Source of the DNA: Eutreptiella sp. 'Long Island Sound 2002'
Taxonomy: Eukaryota > Protista > Euglenida
Direction: 5' to 3'
Length of the DNA stretch: 64,000 bases
Assembly: GCA_964036045.1 (NCBI GenBank)
Contig: OZ038378.1
Span: 105,152,001 to 105,216,000, forward strand
Shown: piece by piece, positions 50,333-63,240 of the stretch
How the letters are laid out: each line of letters starts with the position of its first letter
How positions within the stretch are numbered: the stretch's first letter is position 1
The notes under the pieces: generated by a model
What the model was told of the DNA's origin: nothing
Seen by the model: only the letters and a program-made list of their open reading frames with translations
Databases searched by the model: none
Program-made: the position numbers and the translations under genes

Positions 50333-50659
50333 CCTAGTGAATGGGCCAGTACACAACCTGCTTCTGGAGTTTTTCACTGAGGGCAGCTCAAAAATCGAAG
50401 TTTTTGAAACTTTTTTTTGATATTGTGACCACACGATAGGACCATTCAAGGTATGTAAAGCATGTCTTAGGGCGTATTTACGTGTTTTTCACGTTATTTG
50501 GGGATTGGGTGCACGGGGGGGGGGTCTCCCAAGGGATTGGTAAACAACCTGCTTCTGCCCTTTTTCACCCTGGGCAGCTCCAAAATCGAAGTTTTCGGAC
50601 CTTGCTTTTTTGACATTGAGATCCCTTAAAATGAGCATCCAAGGTATGTAAAGCATGTT
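50333..50659 (+). repeat. ~190-bp satellite units (left flank of the truncated LINE)
   Basis: Same unit as 48.0-48.5 kb; it stops at aaggtatgtaaagcatgtt. Confidence 0.85.
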
Positions 50660-52378
50660 ACAAGCACCGCAACCCCTACCGCTGGGAAGACTTCGTTGGC
50701 CCCCTGCTGGGGGACGCCGTCCGCCACCAACCTCGGCTCCAGCCGGGGGTGCCGCCGGACTGGCGACGGCCCCAGGACTTCATCCACGACCTGGTCAGGT
50801 GGGCCCGGGCGCTCGCCTGGATGCCGGGGCCGGCGGAGGTCTCCTGGGCTGAGCTGGCCCTGGACTACGAAGGTTTCGTGGGGCAAGCGCTCCCGGCCTC
50901 ACTGGACCACCGGCTGCGGGGCACGCGCCTGCCGCTGGGGGAGCGGGCCCAAGTTGTGCGCAAGGCAGTGAGCCCGGTGGAACGCCATCTGGCGGCGGGC
51001 ACGCTGCTGAGTGGGGCCCCGCTAGGGCGCTGCCGCTTGCTCCCCCCCCTAGGGGGCCACGTTTGCCCGGGACTCTCGGCTCGCCCGTACTTCGCGGCGC
51101 GTCGCGAAGTTATGTTGCAGCTAATGCGCCTAGCGGCGCACTGCCGTGACACGTGGTTGCGGCGCCAACGGGCGCCTGCCCGCATGCGGCTGCCACTTAG
51201 TGACCGCTTTTTGATGGACTATTTCCCCCGTCCCCTCGAGGGGGGGCCACCTCTGCTCCCGTACGCCCGGAGGCCCCCGCGGGCGCCAGCCTGCAATGTC
51301 CTGCTCGCGGCTCCGCAACGCAGCCGCCCACCGGGGGCGGGCGGCGGCACCCAGGGCGCGCTTTGCGTGGAACATGGGGCGCCGTCTTGCGCCCGGTTCA
51401 GAGGTTTGGGCTGGGGTGTCAGCCGCTGCTGCCAAGCGGGCCACGAAGGCCACGCTTGCTCCTTGGCGGGCCCAGGCTGCCCAAACGTCCCGCACTGGGT
51501 CGCGCCGGGTCGCCAGGTGCTCGTCCCTGAGGGCCGGAGAGCGGGGGCGGCCGCATTGTCCACCTGGCTGGGGCGGGCACGCCCGGCATCACAGGCCTTC
51601 CCGGACCCGGGCCCTCCGGCGCCGCGCCGGTGCACGGCGCCGCCCAGAGCGCTGGGTACTCGCCCCTCCTCCGCCCTCGGGATCCACGACCCCAGACCTG
51701 CGAAACGCCGGGCGCCTAACTGGGCTACCTTGGGACCAGGGGGGCGCGGGGCGGCAGCCAACCGGTGGGGGGGCGGCAGACCCCTTCTCAGCCCGGCCAG
51801 CAGAGGGGGGGCAACGGCCCGGAGCCGGTCCCCGCGCGCGCCTCCTCCACCACGGGGGCCGCGGAGGCACTGTCTGCACCGCGAGACCGCCCCTCCCATT
51901 CTCCCCTGGCAGAGCGACCCCCATTGTCACTCCCTGATGTTTTCAGCCTCATTTCGGCGCCCGTGAGCAGCCGCTAATTGCCGCGGCGTCAATCCGCCCC
52001 GCGGGCTCGGCGGCGGCCTCAGCCGAAGGACGACAGGTCGGTGGCGGACATGTTCTGCGCACCCCCCCCCCTCCCCCTCCCCCCCCCCCCCCCGCACACA
52101 GCGGTCGACGCAGTCAGGGGGGGCTCCTCTGACTCAGTGGCGGACGCGCCCTCGGCGCCCCCGCCATCCCGGTCCACACTACCACAGCAGCGGCGGCAGC
52201 ACGGCAGGGCCAGCACGGAAGAGACCTAGTCCCCTCCGGTTCGTCCCTCTTGGCCGCCGTGCACACACAGGGGGGGGGGGGGGCTGTAGGGAAGGCCACG
52301 GGCGCCTGAACTCAACTCAGCCCACCTCCCCGCCCCTCTGCCTTTGTACATAGGCCAGCCAGCGCTAATAGACGAATG
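50660..52378 (+). mobile_element. 5'-truncated LINE copy (3' end of the family at 53.2-63.2 kb)
   Basis: Colinear with 61430-63240. It carries ORF 50749-51966, and both ends abut the same position of the satellite unit. Confidence 0.85.
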
Positions 52379-53235
52379 GCCTATTTACGTGTTTTTCACC
52401 CTATTTGGGTATTGGGCGAGGGGGGGGGGGTCTCCCAAGGGATTGGTACACAACCTCCTTATGCAGTTTTTTCAGCTTGTCGGCTCAGAAACCGAAGTTT
52501 CCGAAACTTATTTTTTTGATGCTGTGATCCCTTAAAATGACCACCCAAGGTATGCAAAGCATGTTGTGGGCCGTATTTACGTGTTTTTCACCCTATTTGG
52601 TCCGGGGGCGGGTCTCCCAAGGGATTGGTACACACCGTGCTTATGCAGTTTTTCAACCTGGCAGGTCAAAAATCGAAAATTTTGAGACTTGTTGTACCGT
52701 GATCACTTACAATGACCATCCAAGCTATGTAAAGCATGTTTTTGGCCGTATTTATTTCGTTTTTTCCCTCTTTTGTGTGTGCGTTGCTTGGGGTGGATTC
52801 TCTGCAAGGTAGACTTGCCGAAGGCAATAGAAGTTTTGAAACTTATTTTTTTGATATTGTGATCACCGCCTTTTTTGGGGTTGAAAATAACGAATCTCTT
52901 GGTTTTTTTTTCGATTTTCAGCCGAAAAAGTGTTTCCGGGTCCCGACCCCATGAGGTTTGTATGGGGCGGAGTGGGACGAGCGCTCATGCAGTTTTTGCA
53001 CTTCGCCGCCATTTTTGCTATGTTGGCGGTTTTGGCGACCCCGGGGACCCTGTGGTACCCACTCTGAGGGGTGTGAGTGGGGATGTTTTGAAAGTATATT
53101 CCTACTAGGATAGGGAAGGACGTCTTTTGCGATCTCTAGCCTTGCTGAGAGGCGGTCACAACCCGTGCCAAAGACGCGAAATGACTGTTTCCAACAATGA
53201 TGGACTAGTGACTGGGCCGGTACACAACCTGCTAA
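52379..53235 (+). repeat. ~190-bp satellite units plus leader
   Basis: Units at 52431 and 52614; leader at 52871-53235. Confidence 0.85.
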
Positions 53236-53244
53236 TGCAATATT

Positions 53245-54814
53245 TCACCCAGACCCTCGCGGGCGCGTCATTCGGGCCCTCGGGCCCACAGGCTGGTAGC
53301 GCCCCTGGCGGGAGCTGCGGGTGGTCCGCTCCCAGTGACGGTTCGGGAGGTGGGTGTTGGGCGCGCCTAGCCGGGCACCCTGCCAGTCCTCAGGCACCCC
53401 CTCCAGCTCGAGGTCAAAGACCGGCCGGTCGAGTGTGCTTTGGGCCAACCGGATGCAGCGGTGGACGCGAATGGGCACCTCCGACCCAAACGCTTCTTGG
53501 GCCCAGCGCCGTAGCTGTGCATACTCGTCCACCGCCAGGCCCAGCTGCGCGGGGTAGCCCCGGACCCGCACGGAAGTGGGCTGCGCCGGGGCTGGGGCGC
53601 CCAGTAGGTTGGCGATGAGCGCCACCACCTTGGGGTCCGCCGGCTTGGCACCCCAGACGCGGACCCCCACGTTGCCGGGGGCGCCCCCGTCCAGCAACCC
53701 CGCGAACATGGAGCGGAGCTCCTGGTCCTCGGCAAGGGTCTTCCGGACCTCCTTGGAGGGCTTGCGGCGCTCCGGTGGCTGCTTGAACCACATCACGAAC
53801 GCGGGGTGCTGGCAGGCCGTGCCCGTGAAGATCCAAAGCCGGAAGTGTACCCGCCGGGCCTTGCCCCTTGGCACGCATCACTGGCGGGGCCACCGACGAA
53901 GGGAGGGGTGTAGAGACGTCGACCAGCGACCCCCGGACCGCGGCCTGCATGGGCGGGGGCTGGGGCAGGGCTGCCCCCATGAGCGGCTTGAGGTGCCGCC
54001 ACGTGTGGTCCTTACCAAAGGCCCCCACATGGAGCCGACGTACGTCGGCATCCGCCAGGACCGCCGGGTGTAGGAAGCCGACGGCCCAGACCTCGGACGC
54101 TAGGGGATCCTGCGGCGCCGGATCCACGTCTAGGAGCTCCGCCGTCTCCCGGTCATCACCCTTCGGGAGGGGCTCCCAGATGAGCTGCAGGGTGTGCCCC
54201 GGCGGTGTGGGGTCCACAACCTCGGGGTCCGCCCTCTTACAGGGCTGGCGCTCCGTGCGCACCGCACCCTGCAGGGCCGCGCTCGGCGCCGCTGGGCTCG
54301 CCCTCGACCGGCGGAGCGTCTGCAGCATTGCCGCCACCGTGGAGGCCGCCTTGCTGCCTCCCTGGACATGCATCAGCGCGATGACCCGCTGGACGGCGTC
54401 ATGGGCCGCGAGGGCGGCCGCAGCCGCGAGGTGGTCCTCGTGAACCGTGCAGCCCACCAACGCCACGCACCGCAGGGCCCCCTCTTGGGAGGGCTGCTTC
54501 CACTCTGCCGGGTGTCGACCCGGCGTGATCTGGGCGATGCCCCACTCCCAGATCTTGTCCTGGGACTCCCCCTCGTAGAGGCGGAGCGGCTGCGCCGTCG
54601 TGGTCGAGGTGAGCAGGGCCCACAAGGCCGCCGCTGTGGGTTGCGGCCACCGCCTGGCAGCTAGCGGGGCCAAGCCACAGCCGGCCCTCCAAGGGCGCCC
54701 AGGCGACGCAAGGGGAAGCGCCCCCCCCTCCCCCCTAGTCCCCATGCGTGTGGACGGGTACCGCCTCGGGCTACCGGAGCCTGGAGCACCGTGATGGGTG
54801 CCTCTGCCGGTCAA
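53245..54814 (-). pseudogene. ORF1-like coding segment of the LINE (frameshifted; unknown family)
   Basis: Overlapping ORFs 53414-54814 and 53245-53874 with natural-looking protein sequence; assigned to the LINE by position only. Confidence 0.45.
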
Positions 54815-57389
54815 GGCACCTGCCTGCCCACCCCTTCGCCTCCTCGCAGCCCTACCGGGCGTAGGAGGACATCAAGACGGCCCGGAGCAATATCGCCCTC
54901 CAGGGCATCGGCGGCGTCACGGAGTGATCCGCTCCGCCCCCCCCCCCCCCACCCTGCAGGTCGGCCCCGGTCGCTCGACCCATGCCTCGGCGACGCGGTC
55001 CGTGGCGCAGGGCTTCTTTAATGCTCTTAATCGTCCTCTTCGTGATTTCGTGCCTGCACGTGGTGGACTACCCATGGTAGCAGCCCAGAACAGGGTGGGT
55101 GACTTGCGGGGCGGCGACGCGGCCGCGCGACCCGGCTCCACACCGGACGCACCCGCTGCCAGTGGCGGTGGCAAAAGCGGCTGTACCAGCCCCGACGGCC
55201 CCCCCTTTGGGGAGGCCTCAGGGTCCGGACCCCCGGTCCGGCTGGAGGGTGTCTATACGCCCACAGCCCACAAGGGCGCCCCGGCAAGAGGCGATGGTAC
55301 TGGGTCCTCTCTAGGGGAGGGGTGCAGCCCGGGCAACGGCAAGGGTCCCCACGCGGCAGTGGGGGGGTGGCGGATTGACAGGGGGCCCAGCCGCCGCGGC
55401 ACCGCGGCTCCCCCTCGCACCGAGTCTGACCGGCGTAGCGACCGCCCCCCCCCCCCCCCCCGGAACGGGCACCACCCGTCCGGGGAAGGACAGCGATGGG
55501 ATGAGTACCGACCCCCGGCACCGGGAAGCCCTTGCCCCAACTTGCCTACCTTGGAGCCCGGCACGCTGGCGACGCGGACAGAGGCCCAGTGCCCGCAGGC
55601 GGTGGCCCACCTACCGCGACTGATCAGAGCCTACGGGCCAACCGGCGGGGCGGCGGCGGCGCGCCAGATCACCCCGGTGCCCTAATGGACGCGCCCGTCG
55701 CGGCCTGGCGGTGGTAACGGCGGCGGTACCGGCTCCGGCAACACCCCCCACCTGGGGTGGCCCCAATGTCCACACCCCCGGCCCGGCTGGAGAAGGTCTA
55801 TACGCCCACAACCCACGAGGGCGCCCCGGGGCGAGGCGATGGCACTGGGTCCCCCCCCGGGGGCAGGGGGTCAGCCCAGGCAGTGGCGCAGGGCCCCACG
55901 CTGCAGTGGGGGGTTGGCGGTACGAAAGGGGGCACAGCCGCCGCGGCACTGCGGCTCCAACTAGCGCCGGGCGTGACCGGGACGGTGGCCGGAGGCCCCC
56001 TCCCCCACCCGCCCCACTCCCCCCCCCCCCCACAAGGGAAAGCAGGGGCCCGGAGGGCCGGCGGACGACGCGCGCTGCCTCACCAAGGAGCGAGGGGGGC
56101 GGGGAAGCGTGCCCCCCTGCCCTCCGCCCCAGCCCCCGGCCCCCATCGACCGGGCCTTGTCCCCTTTCGACCTGCACCCAGCCTATTTCGCACATGGCAC
56201 CCGGACCAAGAGGACATGGACGGGGACGAGGCCGGGGACGGGGGCGCGGGCACGCGGCCCCGTCCCCTCCCGCCTTCCTCACCAAGCACTAGCTGTGATG
56301 GCCTCTCCCTGGTTCGCTGGTGCTACGGTCAGGCCGCTTGAGTGTTCCCGAGCCGCCCCCAGCGGCGGGGCTGGGCCCACACCGCCTGCGCCGTGGCCCC
56401 CCTCGTGAGACGGCTCCCCGGGGTCCTGCGCCCCCAGGACCTCCTGGCCGGAGCTTGGAACAGGTGGTGGCAGTGCGGTCACCGGCCCGAGGACAAGCCA
56501 GTTTGGATCACCGCCGTTGATTGCCTGAGCGGCCCCGGGTTCGGGACCAAGGGGCCCACCGTCGGCCAGGCCGTGCAGTGGATGTACACCCAGGTCCTCT
56601 TCGCGCGCCCCCCCCCGGCCGAACCCTCGTAGCGGCCGCCTCCCGCACTCGTGGTGTAGGTTCTTGGCCCCCATGTGGCGGGAGGAGACGGGCGAGCCGC
56701 TACGGCGGCAGCCCCGGCCTCGCCGCGTGGAGCGCTGGGACGATCCCCCCTCCTGCTTGTTCCTCCGCCCGCGCCGCCGCCTCACCCTGTTCGAGGGAGA
56801 GACGGCCGCCGGCAGAGACCACGCCGTGGGGGTGGACTGGTGCGCCCGGGTCCGGGACAACGACCCCGCCCGGCAGCCGCCCCCCTACCCTGGGCGTGAG
56901 GCGACGTGGCGGGAGGTGGCCTGTGCCGTCCACGCGCTCCTCCCTGTGGTCCCCGACGTGTGGTGGGCCGTCGTTCCGGAGCCGGGACAGGTTCATGCGA
57001 CGGCACGGTGGCCCGATGCCCTCCGCCGCGCTGGACCGGGGCCAGTCCAAGACCGCATGTACGAGGTCCTCAAGGACACCCTCCGCCTCGCTGGAGTCTA
57101 GGAACGGGGCGGCCCCCCACGTGCGCAGCCGCCCGCCTGCCGTGCGCCCGTGGCAGGACACCGCTCCCCCCGACACCGCCGCCTCTGGTGCCTAGCGCGC
57201 CCACCTTTGGGTGGGGACCGGTGCCTTCTCTGAGAGAGGCACCCTATCCAAATCATCCAAAAGACTTTGCAGCTGAATATCACTCAAAAAATCGTGTTCC
57301 AGGAGGTGGTTGACCACCAGCTTTCCCCCCACGGTGAGCACAAGGTCATTGGGGTCCCTATTAAAGGCCCCCAAGGGCTCGGCGGCAAC

Positions 57390-59246
57390 CACCTCTCCAC
57401 CTCGCGCAGGATGTGTGCCAGCCAGCCCAGCAGCTTGTCGGGAAGGGATCGGAGGTCAGCGAGACTCCGTCCAGCCCCAACGCCGAAGGCTTCATGCGGG
57501 AGAGCCCCTTGCGCAGGCGGGGCCGTCGAGCCGCGAGGCAATCATGGGGACACGCTACATGTGCCTGCCGTACCGGCAAAGAAAGGCCGCCGGGTCCGGC
57601 TCTGCGTCCGATGCGTAGTTGCGATTTATGGGGCGCCAGGCGTCGTGCAGGAGGCCATCCATCTCCGCCAGGTTGGCCGTGGCAGTGCCATCCGGCGTGG
57701 AGAGGAAGGTGACCGGGGGAGCGTAGGATTCGTCCTTCAGCCAACGGTACACGGCCCCCTGATCCGTGGACCGGGCTTCCTCTAGCGAGGCGCGCCACTC
57801 ACGGACGCGGTCCTTGTCTTCCGCCCGCAGCGTGGCCCAGACCTTCCCTGCTAGTGTCGTGCAGAGGCGGCGGAGGGAAGTCAATGAGGCCAGCCGGTCG
57901 CGCGCGCCACCTGGCTCGAAGTCCGCATACTCTGGGCGGAGGGCGCGGAGCTTGTCCAGGCGACGTCGCAGAGCCACCCACGCCTGCTACACTGCGCGCG
58001 GCAACGCGCCCGCACCTTGCGCTGGTTGTTCCAGCCAACGTAGGACTTCCCGGAGAGGCCCCTAGGCCGCCTGGGTGCACGCCACCGGGCAGGTCAGTGG
58101 CCCTCGGTGTCCCGCCGTTGCTTGGGGCAGAGGCGCACCACCCGGAGCAGCTGGTCCGTGGCCTTGCTACGGGGGAGGTGGGGAGGGGCCAGCGGGAGTG
58201 TGGCCCCGGCCGCGAGGGAGTCCGCGGTGATGTCCGGGCAGGCCAAGGCGAGGAGGGTCTCCTCCGCGGTTGTGGTCCAGAAAGCCAAGGCGCGGTCCAC
58301 ATCCCCGGCAGATAGGGCCGCCCGCCACCCCGCCTGCAACGGGTCGAGGAGGCGTTGAATGAGGAGGAGTCGCTCGTGCTCCTCACGCTAGGCCGGCACC
58401 ACTGGTTTGGGGCGGACAAACTTGACCACCCGTTGCGACACCCCCGGAGGTGGAGGTCAAAGCATACTGGGGTGTGCCCCGAAACCGCCCCACGCGGTAG
58501 CCGCTCCGCCGTATGGAGCCACGTCGCAAGCCGCGTGTCAACCACCAGGCCGTAAATGCGCGAAGGTCGGGTGCCCTCCAGGCCGTGGTACAAGCAGAGG
58601 GGATCCCTCTCTAGGGCGGACGAGCTCAAGGTCCGCATCAACCAGCCGGCGGGTTAGAAGGGACGCCAGGACGGATGGCGGCGCCCGTAGCGGATAATCA
58701 AGGTCAAAGTTGAAGTCCGCCCCCCACCAGCTGCGGGGCCGTCCCGTGTCGCGCCACATACTGTGTAGCGTGGCTCCAGAAAGTGCGTTTCACGGCCGAC
58801 TAGGCCGAGACTCCGTACGCCACGTGGGTGTGCAGGGAATCCGCCTCCCACCCCAAGCCCACCAAGACGTGGCACCAACGGGTGGAGTGCCAGAGGGTTT
58901 GGGCGAGGGCGTCCGCCTCGGTGCGGGGCGCCCCCTTGGGGGGAAGAATTTGCCTGGCCGGGATGCCTTTGCGTACCAGGGAATCAAACCCCCAGCTTGC
59001 GCATCCCATATGCCCCGCCCTGGATTCCAAGGGCGCCCCCCAAAAAGCGTGCCAGCCCGAGGCCCCGGCCTGTGCGCGCATCACTTGCTGTGCCACTGCC
59101 ATGAGACGGGTCTGTGAGATTAGCAGGACATCCGGCCGCCAGTCGGCGACCGTGTCCCAGTGCACACGCAGGGACGTGACGTTTGCCAGCTCCACACGCA
59201 TGGGGCCCGGGTGGGGCTCGATGTCTCCGCACCGCAGCAGAAGGAG
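57390..59246 (-). pseudogene. LINE ORF2 N-terminal half: 2A-like peptide, APE endonuclease, linker and start of RT (inverted segment)
   Basis: ANVTSL..DVLLISQT, GADFN, SRIYGLVVD and GHTPV APE motifs; AVYRWLK..PVTFL linker; ends LREVER. Confidence 0.8.
59202..59246 (-). other. 2A-like (StopGo) peptide variant LLLLRCGDIEPHPGP
   Basis: Matches GD(V/I)ExNPGP except H for N; lies directly N-terminal to the APE domain. Confidence 0.6.
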
Positions 59247-59452
59247 GGGGGGGCAGGCCCTGCACTGGGGGGGGGGGGGTCCGCTCCGGCGGCCCCGGCC
59301 GGGGGGGGGGGGGGGGGTAACCCCCACCCCCCACACAAACTCGTCCGCCGCTGGTCAGGGGGCGCAAGGAGTGACGTCAGAGGGGCAGCAAGGCATGCCT
59401 GCAGGTTAACTGTCAAACCAATTCCTGCAGCGCCATGGTAAGACAAACGGCA

Positions 59453-62400
59453 CCTGGGCAAGTGGCCGGCCCGCCTGGCCGAGGGCTACACCGCTCTCAT
59501 CCCCAAAGAGGGTCCGCCGGGGCCCCTAAACACCCGCCCGCTGACGTGCACTGTCCATTGTCCAACGGCTCTGGGCGGGGGTGCGCCTCGTGGACGCCAT
59601 TGCGTGGCAGGAGGCTTGGGCCCACCTGGCGGCCTTTGGATTCCGCCCCGCCCGGAGCGCCGTGGACGGGGCGGCGGTGACACGATTCCTGTTGGAATTG
59701 TGTCGCCTCCGGGGGTGGGCCGTCGCGGGGACAAGCATTGATTACATCAAGTGTTTTGATCTCATCCCTCAGGCGGTCGTGCTGGCCCTGGCGTTGGAGC
59801 TGGGCATCGACCCGGGCGCATGCCATGCCCTCCGGGCCATTTACAAGTAGTTCCGCCGGGCCTTCAAGATCGCAGGGGCCTTCGACTTGTGGTGGCAAGC
59901 CACCAACGGCATCCTCCAGGGGTGCCCATTGTCCGTCATCCTGTTGAATGCACTCACCATGATTTGGAAATGGGAGGTGGACTCCGTGCGCAAACAGGTG
60001 TGCGCCCGGACGGCCGCCCTTGCACCGACCCTGGACGGGGACGCGGCGGACGACGTTGAGCCGGGGGTCCTGCTCCCCCTCAAGGATGCTGGACCTAGCT
60101 ACGCCGCGCTCGAGTCGTAGGGCTACGCGGACGACACTCAGGCAGTGGCCTTGGGCGCGGCCGCCCTCCAGCAAACGGTCCCCCCGATGGAGGAGTGGCT
60201 GCAAATCACGGGGCAGGACGTCCGCGTGGACAAGTCCTTCTCTTGGCTCCACCGGGAACAAGGCGCCCTGGCGGCGCTGCTCCGGGGGGTCCCCATCCCA
60301 CTGGCGACAACCCTCTGCCAGCTCGGCGTCGACATCGCCATTGGAGGCTCCAAGGCCACGGGTCCAGCGCTGTCCCGGCGTCTGGAGGCGGGGCGGAGCG
60401 CCCTGCGTCGCCTTCCCCACCTCTCGACCTATGACCGGCGGGAGCGGGCCGTCAGCACCCTGGTCACCCCGCTGGCCCTCCACGGGGTGGCCGTGGCGCG
60501 GGGGACGGAGCCCGACGTGAGGGGGCTCGAGACCGCGGTAGTGCGGGCCCTGTGGGGGCCGCCGCGCGTGTCCCGGGCCAAGGAGGTCATCTTTACCGTA
60601 CTTTCCAAGGGGCACCGCGTGTCCCCGATCATGCCCACGCGGTATGGGCGCCTCCTCTGGGTGGCCCGCCTGGCCCGCCAGCCGGGGGTCACTCAGGTTT
60701 TCGCCCAAGCTATCGGGGAGTCGGGAGGCCGCCCACCCGGGACGGGCCCCGTGGGGCGCGCGCGCCGCACGGCGGCGTCCCTGGGCTGGACCTTGCGCGA
60801 GGGGTGGTGGTGCTGGGACATCCCGGGGCAGGAGCACCCCCTGCGTGCAGGAGCCACTCTGCCAGCTCCAACAACGGTTCCGGGACAACCTTCGCTGGCA
60901 CTCCTCGCGCCATCTGGAGGCGCGGCGCCCCATCACCTTCGGAGGGCTGGGCGACGGGGCGGATGGCCCGGCTTGCCGCGGGCGCTGCGGGCGGCCTCTA
61001 CGGAGTTCGAGAAGTCTCTGCTGCACGGTCTCCTGTGGCCGGGGCCATGTGGACGGCGGCCCGGGTGTCGGGCCACGGCACGCGAGCCAACTCCGCGTGC
61101 CCCCAGTGCGGCGCGGCGCACGAGGACGTGGCCCAGGTCCTGTGGGACTGCCCGGAATGGGACAACGCCATGGGGACGTGGCTCCCGAGGCTGACCGACG
61201 CAGCGGGAGCCATCCCCAACCTGGGCCCGCCGGACCGGTGGCCCTCCTGCGGAAAGCGGGCATTTTCCCCCTCCGGCTGGCACAGGGGTTGGACCGGTAC
61301 CTCAACGAGTTCCTGTACCGCCTATACGGCATGTACTTGGCGGTCCTCGCTGCTCGTGTGGCGGCTAGCCAGGGGGATCAACCGGGCCACGGTGACTGCC
61401 TCATGCCGGAGCTCCCGCGCCCATGGCCCCGCGACCCCTACCCCTGGGACGCCTTCGTTGGCCCCTTGCCGGGGGACACCTTCCGCCACCAACCGCTGAT
61501 GTAGCCGGGGGTGCCACCGGACTGGAGATTGCCCCCGGACTTCATCCACGACCTAGTCAGGTGGGCCCGGGCGCCGGCTTGGATTCCGGGGCCGGCGGAG
61601 GTCTCCTGGGCGGAGGGGCCTGGACTACGAAGCTTTCGTGGGGCGGGCGCTCCCGGCCTCTCTAGACCATCGGCTGCTGGGCACGCGCCTGCCCCTGGGG
61701 GAGTGAGCCCAAATTCTGTGCAAGGCGGTGGGTCTGGCGGAGTGCCATCTTGTGGCAGGCGCAATGCTGGGTGGGGCCCCGCTGGGGCGCCGCCGCTCGC
61801 TCCTCCCCCTCGGGCGCCGCGTGTGCGCGGGGCTTTCGGCTCCCCCGTAGTTCGCGGCGCCCCACGAAGTCATGCTGAGCTAATGCGCCTGGCGGCGCAC
61901 TGCCGCGACTCGACGGCCCAGCGCTTGCGGGCGCGTGCACGCATGCCGCCACTGCACAGCGACGGCTTTCTCATGGATTGTTTCCCCCGCCCCCTCGAGG
62001 GGGGGCCTCCTCTGCTCCCGTGTGCCCGTCGGCCCCCGCGGGCACCGGCCCGCAGCGTCCCGCTCGTGGCTCCACAGCGCAGCCGCCCTCCGGGGGCGGG
62101 CAGCGGCACGCAAGGCGTGCTCTGCATGTAGCATGGGGCGCTGTCTTGTGTCCGGTGCAGGAGCCTGGGATGGGGCATCAGCCGCTGCTGTCGCGCGGGC
62201 CACCAAGGCCACACTCGCTCCTCGGGGGGCCCAGGCTGCCCCATACCCCCGCCCCGGGTCGCACTGGGTCGCCAGGTGCTCGTCCCCAAGGCCATACGCG
62301 CGGGGGCGGCCGTGCTGTCCTCTTGGCTGGTACGGGCCCGCCCGGCCTCCCAGCCCTCCCAGCCTCGGACCCTCCGGCCGCCCGCCGATGCACTGGCCCG
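59453..62400 (+). pseudogene. LINE ORF2 C-terminal half: reverse transcriptase, CCHC-type finger and long C-terminal extension
   Basis: LGKWP..LIPKEG..RPL, DYIKCFD, GILQGCPLS, GYADD (60121-60135) and CPQC..EDVAQVLWDC; several stops and frameshifts. Confidence 0.88.
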
Positions 62401-63240
62401 CCCAGAGTACTGGGCACTCGCCCTTCCTCCGCCAAGGGGCCCGACGTTCCCAGGCCCGCGAAGCCCCCGGCGCCTAACCGGGCTAACCTTGGGGACCCGG
62501 GGGGGGTGGGTCAACAGCCAACGGGTTGGGGGGCAGCAAACCCCCTATCACCCCAGCCAGCGGGGGGGGGGGGGGCAACCCAAGGCCGATCCCCTCATCT
62601 TCCCCCGCCAGCGTGGGGGGCACGGGGGCGCCAACGGGTGGTGGGGCAGCAGGCCCCCTCTCGTCCCAGCCAGCGGGGGGGGGGGGGGGGGGGGATGGCC
62701 CGAGGCCGGTCCCCTCATCCTCCTCCGCCTACGCGGGGGCCACGGGGGCGTCGTCGGCGTAGCGGGACTCCCCCCCGCCACCCCCCCCAGCAGAGCGACT
62801 CCCCCCGTCGCTCCCAAATGTCTTCAGCCGCATCTCAGCTGCCCTGAGCAACCGCGCTCAGCCGCGGCGACGATCCTCCCCGCGGATTCGATGGGGGCCT
62901 CAGCCAAAGGCCACGAGGTCGGTGGCGGACATGCTTCGCAGGCCCCCATCCCCCCCACGAGCGGCGAGCGACGCAATCGGGCGGGGCCTCCTCCTCTGAC
63001 CCTATGGCGGACGCGCCCTCAGCGCCGCCACCATCCCAGTCCACACTGCCGCCAGGGCGGCAGTACGGCAGGGCGAGCACGGAAGAGACCTACTCCCATC
63101 CGGCACTTCCCTCCCGGCTGCTGTGCAGGCACGGGCGGGGAGCCTGTAGGGGAGGACACGGGTGCCTAAACTCGACTCGGCCCACCTCCCCGCCCCTCAG
63201 CCTCTGTACATAGACCAGCGGACGCTAATAGACGAATGCT

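Larger units (their letters stand above)
53245..63240. mobile_element. ~10-kb non-LTR retrotransposon (LINE) with internal inversions
   Basis: ORF1-like segment on - (53245-54814), GC-rich ORFs on + (55.1-57.1 kb), APE and RT N-terminus on - (57390-59336), RT, CCHC and tail on + (59453-63240). Confidence 0.85.

Noticed and set aside
51130-62850. Numerous long Pro/Arg/Gly-rich ORFs in alternative frames of the LINEs
   Set aside because: Expected from very high GC content and the resulting scarcity of stop codons.
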